Made by a program: the position numbers and the translations under genes. A DNA stretch of 64,000 nt, taken from NCBI RefSeq assembly GCF_018350175.1, contig NC_058377.1:100068001-100132000 (forward strand), read 5' to 3'. The notes beneath the pieces are model-generated. The model did not search any database, was not told where the DNA came from, and was given only the letters and a program-made list of their open reading frames with translations. This stretch comes from Felis catus (taxonomy: Eukaryota). Of the stretch, positions 25,422-37,944 are shown one piece after another. Numbering within the stretch: position 1 is the stretch's first letter; each line of letters starts with the position of its first letter.

Positions 25422-26345
25422 AGGGGGAAAGGGCAGAGGGGAGAGAGAGAAGGGGCTTGATGTCACAAACTGAGATCAGGACTGGAGCCAAAATCAAGAG
25501 TCAGATTCTTAAATTACTGAACCAACTAGGTGCCCCCGTTTCTGCCTACCTTTGTAAAAGGTAATTTTCTGTGGTGGTATGCCTTTGAGAATCGACTCTG
25601 CGTTTCTGCTTTGTTGTTACTATGAGGCTTACATAAAATATCTTAGAGATAAAACAATCTATTTCAAGTTGATAGCAACTTCAGTTGCATATAAGATATC
25701 CACCCTTTACTCCTCTATTTTGTGTTTTTGATATCACAATTTACTTCTTTTTATATTGTGTATTCATTAACAAATTACTGTATATATTGTTATTTTAATA
25801 CTTTTTCCTTCAACTGTTGCAGTTAAGTGATTTTCACACCATTGTATTATAGAATTAGTTTTTGAAATCTGACTTTATATTTCACCTTACTATTGTGTTG
25901 TATAATTTGGTATGTTTTTGTGTCACTAATTTATATCTGTTCATTTCAGCTTGATAGTTCCTTTGAACATTTCTTGCAAGGCAAGTATTTGGGAAATATT
26001 TTGGAAAAGTCTGCCTTTACTTGTGAAGGACAACTTTGCCAGATGGAATATCCTTTGCTTTTTTTTTTTTTTAATTTGAATATTTGAATGTGTCCTGTTG
26101 CATTCTCCTGGTCCGTAGGGTTTCTTTGGAGAAATCTGCTGGTAGCTTAATGGACATTCCTTTGTAGGTTATAATGTTTTTCTTCCTCTGGCTGTTTTCT
26201 TCTCCTCTGGCTGCTTTTAGGATTCTCTTTATCTTTGGTTTGATGTTTTCGTATAATGTGTCTTAGAGAAAATCTTTTTACATTGAATTAATAGGGTGAT
26301 CTGTTAGCTTCTTGTACTTGGATATTCAGGTGTCCCCAGGTTGGA
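24960..26345 (-). mobile_element. Old L1M fragment (ORF1/ORF2 junction region)
   Basis: CTGATATAAGTATAGCTACCCCTGCTTTCTTTTG and GAGAAATCTGCTG..CCTTTGTAGG L1 motifs. Confidence 0.7.
25338..25537 (-). mobile_element. Can-SINE with a long (GA)n tract
   Basis: TSD GTTTCTGCCTACCTTT at 25322 and 25538; (GA)n at ~25364-25416. Confidence 0.9.
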
Positions 26346-26605
26346 GAAGTCACTTTTCTGTCTACAAAATATTCAGAAAATAAAGTTAAGAATCAAGGCA
26401 ACAGGCTAGGTTCATTCACTTAATCTTTATGAGGCATGCTGTGGAATTATTTTCAAAAAGAAGAGCTTACTTATTTTGTACTAGATGGCTACTCCCCTTA
26501 TACTTTAGCCTCTGTGCTGTTACAGGACACCCACAGTGATCCCTTGGTTTTGAAATAGATGTAGTAGCAGATCGAGGATTCAGGGATCAAATAAAAACTC
26601 ATATT

Positions 26606-26785
26606 GTTAGAGTGGGAGAGAGCCAAAGCATAAGAGACTGTTAAAAAACTGAGAACAAACTGAGGGTTGATGGGGGGTGGGAGGGAGGAGAGGGTGGGTG
26701 ATGGGTATTGAGGAGGGCACCTTTTGGGATGAGCACTGGGTGTTGTATGGAAACCAATTTGACAATAAATTTCATATAAAAAAAA
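26606..26785 (+). mobile_element. Short felid L1 3' end
   Basis: G-rich L1 3'UTR, AATAAA and poly-A; TSD AAAAC(CC)TCATATT. Confidence 0.9.
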
Positions 26786-27604
26786 CCCTCATATTAACAT
26801 CTGAGTTCCAAGCCCTGGACAAGGTGCAATATAGGTCATAAACCCATGGGTAATCTAATCCTTGGTGACAAAGTGCCGGAGCCAAGATCTCAAGTCACCA
26901 AGGCATGTCTGGCATGAGCTTCTTTCCCCAGCAGCCCAGTTTGGCCGACTCTGGAAACATCCTCTCCCCGCCTGGGCTTCTGAGCTCTGCTCAGGCTGTC
27001 TGCGCAGAAACTACATCCCAGGAAGATGGAGAACTGAGTCGGACCACATTATTGTTCATTTTCTCGCCGGTGTATCGTTTTAGATCTTGCTCCTCAGGTT
27101 TGCTCTGCTTGTGTTATGAACAGAAATCTCCTCTCTCTGTGTGACCCCCACTCCCATTCTGGAAGCCGGCCATGGGTGGGCAGCAGGAGAGAGGAGAGTG
27201 ATGCAGGTGTTGGGAGGAAGCCCTGGAGCCTGGTCTAGTCCAAGCTCCGCCCAAAGGGCCGTGTGATTCTGGGTCCAGATTCCTCTTCTGTGGAAGGAGG
27301 CTTCCACAAGCTTCCTTCCGAATCAAACAGCTGATGGTGGCTCAGTGAGGGAGCTAGCAGGAGAGGCCCGACTTGACGCCTCTGGTGAGGGCTATTGTTG
27401 GAGGAAAAGTGGGAGAAAAGCATGCTGGAAAAGGCTGGTCAGAGCAATATTATTTGTCAGAATCCACAGAAGGAGGAGTTCCATGGCAGAAAGGTATAAT
27501 GAGAACTCATGAGGTGGGGCAGATTTATTGTGGAGATTTGAAAAATGTTCACCGAAGTTGTTTATCGGGGCCACTGTGTTTCGTATTTTTCTTGTTTTAA
27601 AGCT

Positions 27605-27793
27605 TCTTTATTTATTTTTGAAAGAGAGAGAACAAGTGGGGGAGGAGCAGAGAGAGGGGGAGAGAATCCCAGGCAGGCTTCATGTTGTCAGCACAGAGCC
27701 CAATGTGGGGCTCAAACTCACAAACTGTGAGATTGTGACCTGAGCCAAAGCCAAGAGTTGGACACTTAACTGACTGAGCCACCCAGACACCCC
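27605..27793 (-). mobile_element. Can-SINE
   Basis: Reverse SINE body ending GCCACCCAGACACCCC. Confidence 0.9.
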
Positions 27794-28029
27794 TCCCCCC
27801 CTCCCCGTTTAGAATTTCTTAACCATAAAGCCTGGAAAGGTGTGGTTATATGATGTTTGAGAACACATACTTATCTTTCAGAGTCCCTTCCTTGGCTCTG
27901 CCAGTTAAAGAGTCAGAATTAAAGTCACCCTGCAGGTGACATGTTACTGCACTGTGAATGGTTTACTGGTCTGATGACCTCTTTATGCAATTACCTCTCG
28001 AATGTTTGCCATTTTGATTTAGAGTTTCA

Positions 28030-29210
28030 TTTTTTTAAGTTTTTTTAATTTAAATCCCAGGCAGTTAACATACAGTGTTAAATTGGTTTCAGGTGTACAA
28101 TGTCGTGATGCAACACTTTGATACATCAACCAGTGCTCTTCACAAATGCCCTCCTTAATCCCCTTTGCCTATTTTGCCCATCCCTCCACCCACCTCCCCT
28201 CTGGTAAACATCAGTGTATTCTCTACAGTTACGAGTCTGTTCCTTGGTTTGTCTCTCTCTCTTTTTTCCCCTTTGCTCATTTGTTTTATTTCTTAAACTA
28301 CACATATGGGTGAAATAATATGGCATTTGTCTCTGAGTGACTTATTTTGCTTAGCATTATACTCTCCAGCCCCACTTACATCATTGCAAATAGCAAGACT
28401 TTGTTCTTTTTTATGGTTGAGTAATATTCCATTGTATAATATCCCACATCTTCTTATCCATTCATCAATCGATGGATAACTTGGACCGTTTATATAATTT
28501 GGCTGTGGTAGATAATGCTGCTATAAATATTGGGGTGCATGTATCCCTTTGAATTAGTATTCGTATGTCCTTTGGGTAAATAGTAGTGTAGTTGCTGGAT
28601 CGTTGGGTAGTTCTATTTTTTTTTTTTTTGTCTCAGACTTCTCACCTTTTATTTTTAATTTTTTAATTTAATTTTTAATTTTTTAAAATTTACATCCAAA
28701 TTAGTTAGCATATAGTGCAACAATGATTTCAGGAGTAGATTCCTTAATTCCCCTTACCCATTTAGCCCATCCCCCTCCCACAACCCCTCCAGTAACCCTC
28801 TGTTTGTTCTCCATATTTATGAGTCTCTTATGTTTTGTCCCCCTCCCTGTTTTTATATTATTTTTGTTTCCCTTCCCTTATGCTCATCTGTTTTGTCTCT
28901 TAAGGTCCTTATATGAGTGAAGTCATTATGACTTTTGTCTTTCTCTGACTGACTAATTTCACTTAGCATAATACCTTCCAGTTCCACCCACGTAATTGCA
29001 AATAGCAAGATTTCATTTTTGATTGCTGAGTAATACTCCATTGTATATATATAGCACAATTTCTTTATCCATTCATTCATCGATGGACATTTGGGCTCTT
29101 TCCATACTTTGGCTATTGTTGATAGTGCTGCTATAAACATGGGGGCGGGTAGTTCTATTTTTAACCTTTTTGAGGAACCTCTATACTATTTTCCCAAGTG
29201 GCTATGCCAT
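28030..29210 (-). mobile_element. Older carnivore L1 3' end interrupted by a younger L1 3' end (28621-29146)
   Basis: Two L1 3' ends are present. The inner one has TSD GGGTAGTTCTATTTTT at 28605 and 29147 and an ORF2 C-terminus (MFIAALSTIAKVWKEPKCPS..WVELEGIMLSEISQ). Confidence 0.9.
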
Positions 29211-29219
29211 GTAGTTAAT

Positions 29220-30121
29220 AATTATAAATGGCCCATTATTGTTAGTATTTTTTGCACCTGTTTATGAAATACTGTCTTAGGTCAAGGTCAGGAAGATATT
29301 AATGGATATTTTATTTCAAATGTGTAATGTGCCTTTTTCATTTAGATCCTTATTCCACTTAAAATTGATTGTTAGGGATTATGTGACGAAAGGCTTCAAT
29401 TTTATTTATTTTTTCTTATATGGAACACCAAGTGTTCTATCATCATATCTATATCAAATTTCTATATTCGTATGAATCTGTTTGGGGCCAATCCTATACT
29501 CTCTTAATTACTGTAGTTTATGTCTAGATATATGGTAGGGCACGTTTCTCAATTTTTTTTTTTTAAAGAATATCTTGTCTGTTTTGAGTCCTTTTATCTT
29601 CTAGACAGTTTTAAATCTAAATTGTTAAATTCCACAAAATAACTTACTGGGATTTTGTTTGTATTGTTCTATAGATCATGTTGGGAAGAACTTACGCTGT
29701 ATGAGATCATGTCATTATTTTCACTGGTATGAGATAAGCCTGATTTGGTTATGTGTTACTGTAAACCAAGTCCTCTGAAAAATATAAAGATACAGAGTTC
29801 TGTGACTGACAAGTGACTTATGAAACTTTTATTCCCAGGGAAACTGTTAAGGGAGTAGAGGAAGCAGAACAGAGGAGTAAAATATAAATAGAATTCAGGT
29901 GAATTCTAGCAGAGGGTCACTTCAGACTGATTTTGCAGAACTCTGGAGTGTAAATTATGCCTGGAGTTTGATTAGAAGCAAGTGAGTGGAGTTTTGATAT
30001 CCAGACTATTAATATATATTTTTAAGTTTATTTATTTATTTTGAGAAGGGGAGAGAGAGAGAGAGAAAGAGAGAGGAAGAGAGAGAGAGCACACATGCAG
30101 GCAGGGAAGGGGCAGAGAGAG

Positions 30122-30175
<54 letters not shown>

Positions 30176-30452
30176 ATCCCAAGCAGGCTTTCCATTGTCG
30201 GCATAGAGCCCGACACAGGGCTCGAACTGTGAGACTATGACCTGAACCAAAATCAAGAATCATATGCTCAACCAACTGAGCCACCCAGGCACCCCAATAC
30301 TCCCAGATTCTTTAGACATTAGCTAAGGGCTTCTCTGGGTTTGGGTTGGGTATAAATTCCCAGACACTTTAATACAGGGAAAATGGACTCTAGTAGCCCA
30401 AGGGCAGCATGTGCTAGCAGTTGACAGTAAAGACAAATGAAGTTCATGGGTT

Positions 30453-30483
<31 letters not shown>

Positions 30484-30670
30484 GCGATATGGACAGGGAT
30501 ATGGACAGACCTTGACATTCTTTGTCATGCTCTCCTTTATTTTGGTGCTCTTTATTTTTATTATTGTTTTTAACTTTGGTGGTTTTTAAAGTGTTAGAGA
30601 CCACCAGCTCCTTTGATTAAATTTATTCTAGGAAACTTATGGTTTTGTTGCTATTGTAAATAGGGTCCTT
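29220..30670 (+). repeat. Ancient duplicated block, copy 2 (paralog at ~13680-15570)
   Basis: For example, CAGAGGGTCACTTCAGACTGATTTTGCAGAACTCTGGAGTGTAAATTATGCCTGGAGT is identical in both copies. Confidence 0.85.
30010..30295 (-). mobile_element. Can-SINE with expanded (GA)n
   Basis: Reverse SINE; the empty site is visible in the paralogous block near 15215-15235. Confidence 0.9.
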
Positions 30671-30687
30671 AAGAATTGCATCTTCTA

Positions 30688-30902
30688 GGCACCTGGGTGG
30701 GGGGGGGGGGTTAGTCACTAAGCGTCTGACTCTTGATTTCAGCTCAGGTTATGATCTCATGGTTTGTGAGATAGAGGACCGAGTTGGGTTCCGAGCTGAC
30801 AGCGTGAAGCCTGCTTGGCATTCTCTCACTCCTCTCTGCCCCTTTCCCACTCACTCTTTCTCTCTCAAGATAAATAAAAAACACTAAAAAAATCTTTAAA
30901 AA
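30688..30902 (+). mobile_element. Can-SINE (poly-G run in head)
   Basis: TSD AAGAATTGCATCTTC at 30671 and 30903. Confidence 0.88.
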
Positions 30903-31689
30903 AAGAATTGCATCTTCCAAATTATGTCATATAGAAATGTAATGATTTTTTGTTTTTAATTTATATTACCAAAACTTTATTATTGCTAATAATTTTTCTG
31001 TAAACGCTTTAGGGTTTTCTAGTAGACAATAATATCATATGGAAACGCTACTGGTGTTCTATCTTCCTCTCTATTTTTTTGAAAACATCTCTGGGTAAGA
31101 ATTATAGCACAATGTCAGATATAAACAGTGATGATAAGATTCTTATTTTTAATTTTAAGGGGACTATTTCTAAATTTCCCCATTACGAATGATGCTTGAT
31201 ATAGATATGGACCATATGTGGCTTCCACGTAGTGTAATGTTTTCAAGATTCATTTACATTGTAGCTTGTATCATTACTTCATTTCTTTCTATGGACCAAT
31301 AATACAGGGTTACTGGAGGAGTTGTGGGTGGAGTTGCTGTTCTCTTGGCTACCCCGGTTCTAGGGTATGAGGTATATGGTAGGTAGGCAGTTAAAACTTC
31401 ACAGCCCTATCTTACAGCAAAACAGCTGCCTCATTCCTCACCAAGCTTTTCCCTGGTCATCATTGGGTTTTTACTAAATTCCAGAGTTCTGCAAAACCAG
31501 TTTTTACCATCTCATTAGTTGTTCCTGGTGGTAGGGGGATTGAGCCCTAGAGTTCCCTGCTCTGCTATTTTCAGTGATACTACTCTTGTAATCATCATAA
31601 TTCTCTAATTCAATATTATCTCCATTTTACCAGTGTGTACGCTGAGGCACAGAGAAGTTAAGTTACTGGCTCAAGATCATAGAACTATA

Positions 31690-31895
31690 GGGGCACTTGG
31701 GTTGCTCAGCTGGGTAAGTGTCTGACTCTTGTTTTCAGCTCAGGTCATGATATCACAGTCATGAGATCAAGCCCCATGTCAGCTCCCACATTGTGCATGG
31801 AGCCTACTTAAGAGTCTCTCTATCCCTCTCCCTTTGCCCCTCTACTGCTCTTGTGTGTTGGTTCTCTCTCTCTCTCTCTCTCAAAAAAAAAAAAA
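31690..31895 (+). mobile_element. Can-SINE inserted in a MIR
   Basis: GGGGCACTTGGGTTGCTCAG head and A tail; the flanks contain MIR core CTGAGGCACAGAGAAGTTAAG. Confidence 0.85.
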
Positions 31896-32199
31896 AGATC
31901 ATAAAGCCATAAATAGTGGAGTCTGGGTCTAGAAGATGAAATTTCTATACTAATGCTAGTAGTTTCTTGATAAATATTTATGACTACAATATAGCAGGAT
32001 ATGGACATTAAACTTTCTTTTTGTGTGATAATGATTTTGACTCTGGTTTTTATTTGATCATGAAGGTCTACTGAGATTCAGAGGCTTCTTGAGTAGAGTA
32101 ATATATAAATTTTGAAGGGAAAAGGGGAAGGAAAAAGGCCAAAAAATGAGGAGGTATGATTCAGACAATGTAATGTGTTTATCAGATCATTTAATTTTT

Positions 32200-32582
32200 T
32201 TCTCTTGGGCACACAGACTACATTTCCTAGCCCCCTTACATCCATGTGGGGTCTTATAAATAATGGGTAGAAGATGTATCCCAGTTTAGGCTTGATTCAT
32301 AAAATGTCCTCAGTGATCCTTAATCTCTGTGTGGTCATTGGCTAGGTGGGTGTAGATGACCTAGAAGATGGTCCTGAAGTTTCAGGAGACTGGAGGCATC
32401 ACAAAATGGGAATGGGCCTGTATGTGGGGTTCATGGCTTGGTGGAGAGTTGCATGTGAGACCTTCCTGATTAGGCCAATCTGTATTGGATTCAGTGTGAA
32501 TGACTTTCACTGGGATTATGCCACTGAGATTTGGGGCTGTTCTGTATTATTAAAGCATTACTAACCCGTGCTAATTAATACA
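32200..32582. mobile_element. MLT1-like LTR relic
   Basis: GGCACACAGACTACATTTCCTAGC...GCCACTGAGATTTGGGGCTG...CTAATTAATACA terminus. Confidence 0.55.
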
Positions 32583-33237
32583 GAGAACTAAAAGATAGGG
32601 TTCCTAATGAATTTATTCAAGAAGATGAGGGATGGAAGAGGTAGGGATGGGGCCCCTATAGGGGGGCTGGCTGAATGGACCATTCTCAGGAGCACTATGC
32701 AGGGGGCCAGCTGTCCTGGGTAGAGCCCTTGCCATGCTGTACCTCAACCTCAGGATTGCACTGATCGCCATCCTTCTAACATTGTGGATACCTCCCCACA
32801 ATGCCCCCAGCCACCTGGAGCCCAGAGGATGTACTTTGCACACAAATACTGCATTAGGGGTGGAAGAACATCACGACTTGACTTGGGGGGGCAGTTTCTG
32901 AACTTAGGAAACTTGAGATCCCTAAGCTGGGTGAGTGGTTAGTGGAGCAGCTGCACATTATAGAATAAATGAATGTAAAATGCTGCTAATCACATCTGCT
33001 CTGTCTTCTACACGGCATTCTGATGAACGGAGATGGTAATGGATGAGAAAATCCTCTGTAAAATGGAATGCACGAATAAGAGCAAACACAATTCTTCCTA
33101 TTAACGGTCTTCAACTCTAGGCTGCCCCTGAGTTATGTTGTTGGATTACTGAGAAAGCTTCCTGATCCCACATCATATTCTCAAAATGAATTGTTATATC
33201 TCCTAGCTTGACTATGCCATGAGGTAAGGAGACATGT

Positions 33238-33262
33238 TGTGTGTGTGTGTGTGTGTGTGTGT
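33238..33262. repeat. (TG)n microsatellite
   Basis: Direct observation. Confidence 0.9.
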
Positions 33263-34479
33263 TTTCTATTTAATTTTCCTGAATCCTAAATCCCGCCATG
33301 CATAGTGTTCAGCTCAGTGGTGTTGGTTCTCTTGGATGGAAGAACGGACAGATGGACTGAAGGCCAGAGAGGTGAAGTGGTTTGACAAGCCTGTAGATTT
33401 TTTGAGCTGGATCCTACCTCTTGATTTCCATCATTCCCCACCACCTGTCCCTTTCATCGACTTCTCTGAGCTGCTATTTCCTTTCTGTGAAAATGATGCA
33501 CTAGATCTATATAAACTTTTCATCCTCCTTACCAGATTTTAGATTTCATGATTTCAAGAAAAATTTAATAGGTTTCCTAGAGTTTCCTTCTCACAGTTCT
33601 CTTATGCACCCTCTGGGTGATGAATGACCAGTGGGAGGAGGAAATAGACAAACGCATGAAGCAGGTGACACCATGCGCTAGCACACTGGAGTTTAGACCC
33701 AAACCTCACAGAGCTTCATTTAAGAGTTGGGATGCCGAAAACACTGTGGAGGGATGGGGGCCACTGGGTGCTGTGGGGGAAGGTTAGGGTAGGTGAAGGG
33801 AAAACTTTAGATTTTTGGAATCGCACTAAAAAAAAATGACACCTGAGTCTTTCAGTGTACTAAGAACAATGGCAGAATTCATCTTAGGCTTTTTAAGAAA
33901 AACATTTTCCTAATCATTTGATTTTTATAAGGCAAGGTTCTGAGTCTCTGGAGAGGAGGCGATTTAGGCAGAGGAGAGAACGAAGTGGCTTTACTTAGTA
34001 ATGTAAATGAATATAAAACAATAAAAGGGTGGCTCTCATGAGTGAAGAGTTGTAGCCATGTTTAGTTTTGCTCTCCCAGTGGGCTTGGGACAGACATCTG
34101 GGGCTCTGAGTAGGGGGGAGGAGAAGACCTGGCAAATGGATGGACCTGAGTGGAAGCAGGACCCCAGGAGATGGAGGCAAGATGGTCCAGAGACTCCCTG
34201 GCAGGCATTTGTGAGTTGGTGGCCGCTGGGAGCATGGGTACCTGCTATTACAATTTAGGATTTTCCTAATAGCTGTACTTCCTTTATGACATCCTCAGTT
34301 TCTGTAATTCAGCCAAGTGTCCGGATGCAGAAGAGAAGGAAGGGAGACACTGCAGTGGCACAGGAGTGGTGATGAGGTGGCTGGATGCACGTGGTTAGGG
34401 AATAGTGACCTTGGCAATGATAATGATGGTGGCAATAACAGTAGTAGTGATACCAATACCTACACAGCACATGCTTGCA

Positions 34480-34910
34480 TACTACGTGCCAGGCATTGTT
34501 CTAAGCATTTATAAGTGAACTCATTTTATCCTCGTCTTGGCCTTATGAGGTAGGCACTCTTTTTTCCAGCTTTCCTGAGAGATTATTGACATATGACATA
34601 TGTAAGTTTAAGGTGTACCACGTACAGTATGTGATGATTTGATATATGTATATGTTGAGAAGTGATTACCCCAATAAGATTAGTTAACACCTCCATGCCC
34701 TCACATAATTACCATTTTTTTTGTGTGTGTGTGTATGGTGATAACACTTAAGATTTACTCTCTTGGCAACTTTGAAGTATATAATACAGTACTGTTAATC
34801 ATAGTCACCATGCTGTACATTGCATGCCCAGCTGGACACTATTATTAGCTCCATTTTACAGAAGAGAAAACTGAGGTAGAGAAGACTTAGGGTTAAGTAA
34901 TTTTCCCAAA
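34480..34910 (-). mobile_element. MIR interrupted by an L1MA 3' end (~34560-34830)
   Basis: GTGCCAGGCATTGTTCTAAGCATTT ... CATTTTACAGAAGAGAAAACTGAGG; the internal TTTAAGGTGTAC..GATGATTTGATAT is an L1MA tail. Confidence 0.65.
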
Positions 34911-36149
34911 GGGGAAAACCCGAGGCAGAGAACTTGAGAGGAGTGACTTCCTGCTGGCACCCAAGATAGTGTGGTAACCTATTTGTCCTTGGTTACCTGT
35001 GGTAGCCAAGTATGCCCTTGGAAGGCTTGAAAATTTGGATCCAGAGTTTCAACATTTGTGACAAACTTTGTCCACTTCTCTGTATTTCCCCACCTTGGCT
35101 CTGGGCCATGTCAGTAGACCTGGTTAGCCTCTGAGACAGGGTCTCACAGGACTATGGTGTTTAACTCCTGGTCCAGTGCCAGCTACTTCCAGCTGGCTGG
35201 GAGGAGAGAGTTAGTCTCTTTCAGGAGCCAACTCTCCAGCTCAGACACTCAGGGAAGTCACTTTGAACTTGTTCCAGTTTTCAGGGCAAGAAGGACGATA
35301 GGATTTAAGTGTTCCCAATATGGTTGGGACATAGAGTTTTTGATTTCATCCAAAAGACCTGACATCAGGGCATTAGAGGATCATCTAGGGGATGGAGCAG
35401 CCATCTCACCCTGTCACCCGCCTCCCCACTCTGACCCCAGAGAGCCATCAGGGACTTAGGACCCACTTTAGGTGAGTTCAGTGCTATGGTGGTTGCAAAA
35501 TGTGGCATGTCGGGATCTGCTCTTACAGGTGGAAACCAAAATTTCAACAGGCATTCCAGAAATTTTAAATCCTCCTGATTTTTTCTAGAGGAAAGGTCCA
35601 AGCAAAATAATAAATTGTACATTATTCAAGTACTTCACCTTGGCTGTACAAGTAAGTTTTCTCAGTGTTGATTTATTTTCTGATAAATTCAAATTTTCTA
35701 TTGTTTTCTATGTAAAGAGACAATGAAATAACCCACTTGATTTTTGGTAATGCTCCTAATTTCATCCTTCTCTTTTCTGAATTTTGATGAAACTTTCCAA
35801 AATCCTACTTATTCTTGGTATTTGGGTCTGAATTGAGAACAAAAGCCTTACAAATAATAACAACTTACGTTTTTTCCCTGGAGCTTTATAGTGTCTACAG
35901 TCTGTTCATTTACTTTCTTATCTGACTTCTCAACACCCTTCAGATGAAGTATTGACATCACTGTTTTAGAAATGAAGAAACTGAGGCTCAACGTGGCTGA
36001 GTGGAGGAGCTGAGACCTCCACGGTTTGTTTGATGGCAATCTCAGACTCTCAGGATCCAGTAGCGTTAAGAACATGCCATCAGACCCAGACCCAGAATGT
36101 CTCAATCTTGTGTCATGAGTCCCCCACCCATTTAGAATTGCAATAAATT

Positions 36150-36255
36150 TCTTTTTTTAAATATAATTTATTGTCAAATTGGCTTCCGTAGAACACCCAG
36201 TGCTCATCCCAACAAGTGCCCTCCTCAATGCCCATCACCCATTTTCCCCTCTCGC
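36150..36255 (-). mobile_element. Very short felid L1 3' end
   Basis: TTTATTGTCAAATTGG..CACCCAGTGCTCATCCC; TSD GC(A/G)ATAAATTT. Confidence 0.85.
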
Positions 36256-37798
36256 GATAAATTTATTTTACGTGATTTCTTCACCTGTCTTCTGCCAACC
36301 CTTTTTATTCATAAGACTATAAGACTGATAACATGGAGTATTCTCAAGCTCTTTCCTAGAAAGACTCATCTTCTTTTTAATAAAAAATATATTTTCAGTC
36401 ACCCTTATCTATGAGGATCAATGGGTTTACCTGGGAATTGTACGGCACTTTCTTCTGAGATTCTGCAGCCTTCTGAAAAAGTAACTCTTTTGATTTCATT
36501 TGACTTTCTCTGCTCACAAATCTCACAATTATTGTTGGGGAATGGAAGCATCAGCACTGGCCAGTGTGTTGAAATTTACAAGCCCTAATCAATAATTTAG
36601 ATGTCAGGACTGGAGCTTAGATATCTAGAAGGACATTGCTGAACTTGAAATACAGGGATCCAAGGTCAGGAAGGCTGGGCTGGGGTGGGGAAAGTCATGG
36701 AGCAGAGGCATATCAGTGGCGGGGCAGGATGGAGCAGATGGTAGGGAGGCCTGAGCGCTACCAGTAAGGGGCCATGAGGTCGTGGGTGGCAAGGGGCCCA
36801 GGTGAACGTTAAGCTTATCTGTGCAGTGTGAGACTGACAGTGTGTGGTGTGAGGGAACTGTAGGTAGCATTGTGACAACTGAGGGTGGTTTCCACCCTAA
36901 ATTACATTCAAGTTAGGGTGGGGCTCTTCTTCATGTTCGTAGAATTCCTTGGGCAAATTTATCTGGATACCATACACTCTGTGAGAATGGGGACCATGCT
37001 TGCTTCATTTGCTTCCTCAGCCACCAGCCTAATATACCTGACGTAACACTTGTTGATTGAATGAATGAGTGCGTGGACCCTTAAGCCTGCTGTGAATCCA
37101 GGGACCTGAGGATGTACTCCAAATTTATATGGCTCACAAATAATTTGAATGTAAGAGTTCCTTCATGGGATAGTATTTCGTCTTTGAAGGTGCATGCAGA
37201 ATGTTTAGACTCCTTTCAGACTTGTCACTGCTGAGATAACTAATCTTGGAGATGCACAGGCCAGAATCAGTGGGTTGGTGGGCAGGACCTTAAAGGAGTG
37301 ATCTGGACCACAGAGGTCCCTGAGGAGCATTTCTGTGGGGATAGCTGGGGAAAAAGTGAACATGGATTTTATTCTTCTAGATAACACACAGAAGAGGAAA
37401 TGAAGTGTAAAGAGGTTAAAAACCAGCTCGAGTTCACATCATTAGGAAGTGTCAGATTATGGGGAGGTTGTAAAGGGAGAGCAGCGGCTCACAGATGGCA
37501 AGGGAAAAGTTACGTTTGCTAACAGGCTCAGCCAGTTACAGCTGACAGCACTGTTCCTCACCTCCAGCTCTCCTCACTTGACAGGGGAGAATACTACGGC
37601 TCAGGAAGATGATGTGAATTTCCAAAAGTCTCACAGTCACCTTATGGAAGAGTCAGCACTAGAACCCAGACTTCCCGACTCCTGTTGGGCTACTTAGGAA
37701 AGAAAGCAGCTAGAAACTCTCAGGAGGTTTGACTAATGTTCATAGAATGGTGCAATGAACGGTGTGTAGGTTTGAGGTCAGGCCTGGCTGTGGTCAAG

Positions 37799-37944
37799 TT
37801 CTATTTTCTACCACCCACAGCCCTAGGATAGTATGTAGGAAAAGAAAATTCACTGACATTTAATTTTATGTGCTCACATTCTGTTCTACCACTTATAGCC
37901 CTGGGATAGTATGTAGAAGAAAATTCATTGATACTTAATTTTAT
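37799..37944 (+). repeat. Diverged tandem duplication of about 70-75 bp
   Basis: TTCTACCAC..AGCCCT(A/G)GGATAGTATGTAG..GAAAATTCA.TGA.A.TTAATTTTAT occurs twice. Confidence 0.85.

Noticed and set aside
37799-37944. Repeat-spacer-like pattern
   Set aside because: Only two diverged units in mammalian DNA; an ordinary tandem duplication, not a CRISPR-like array.
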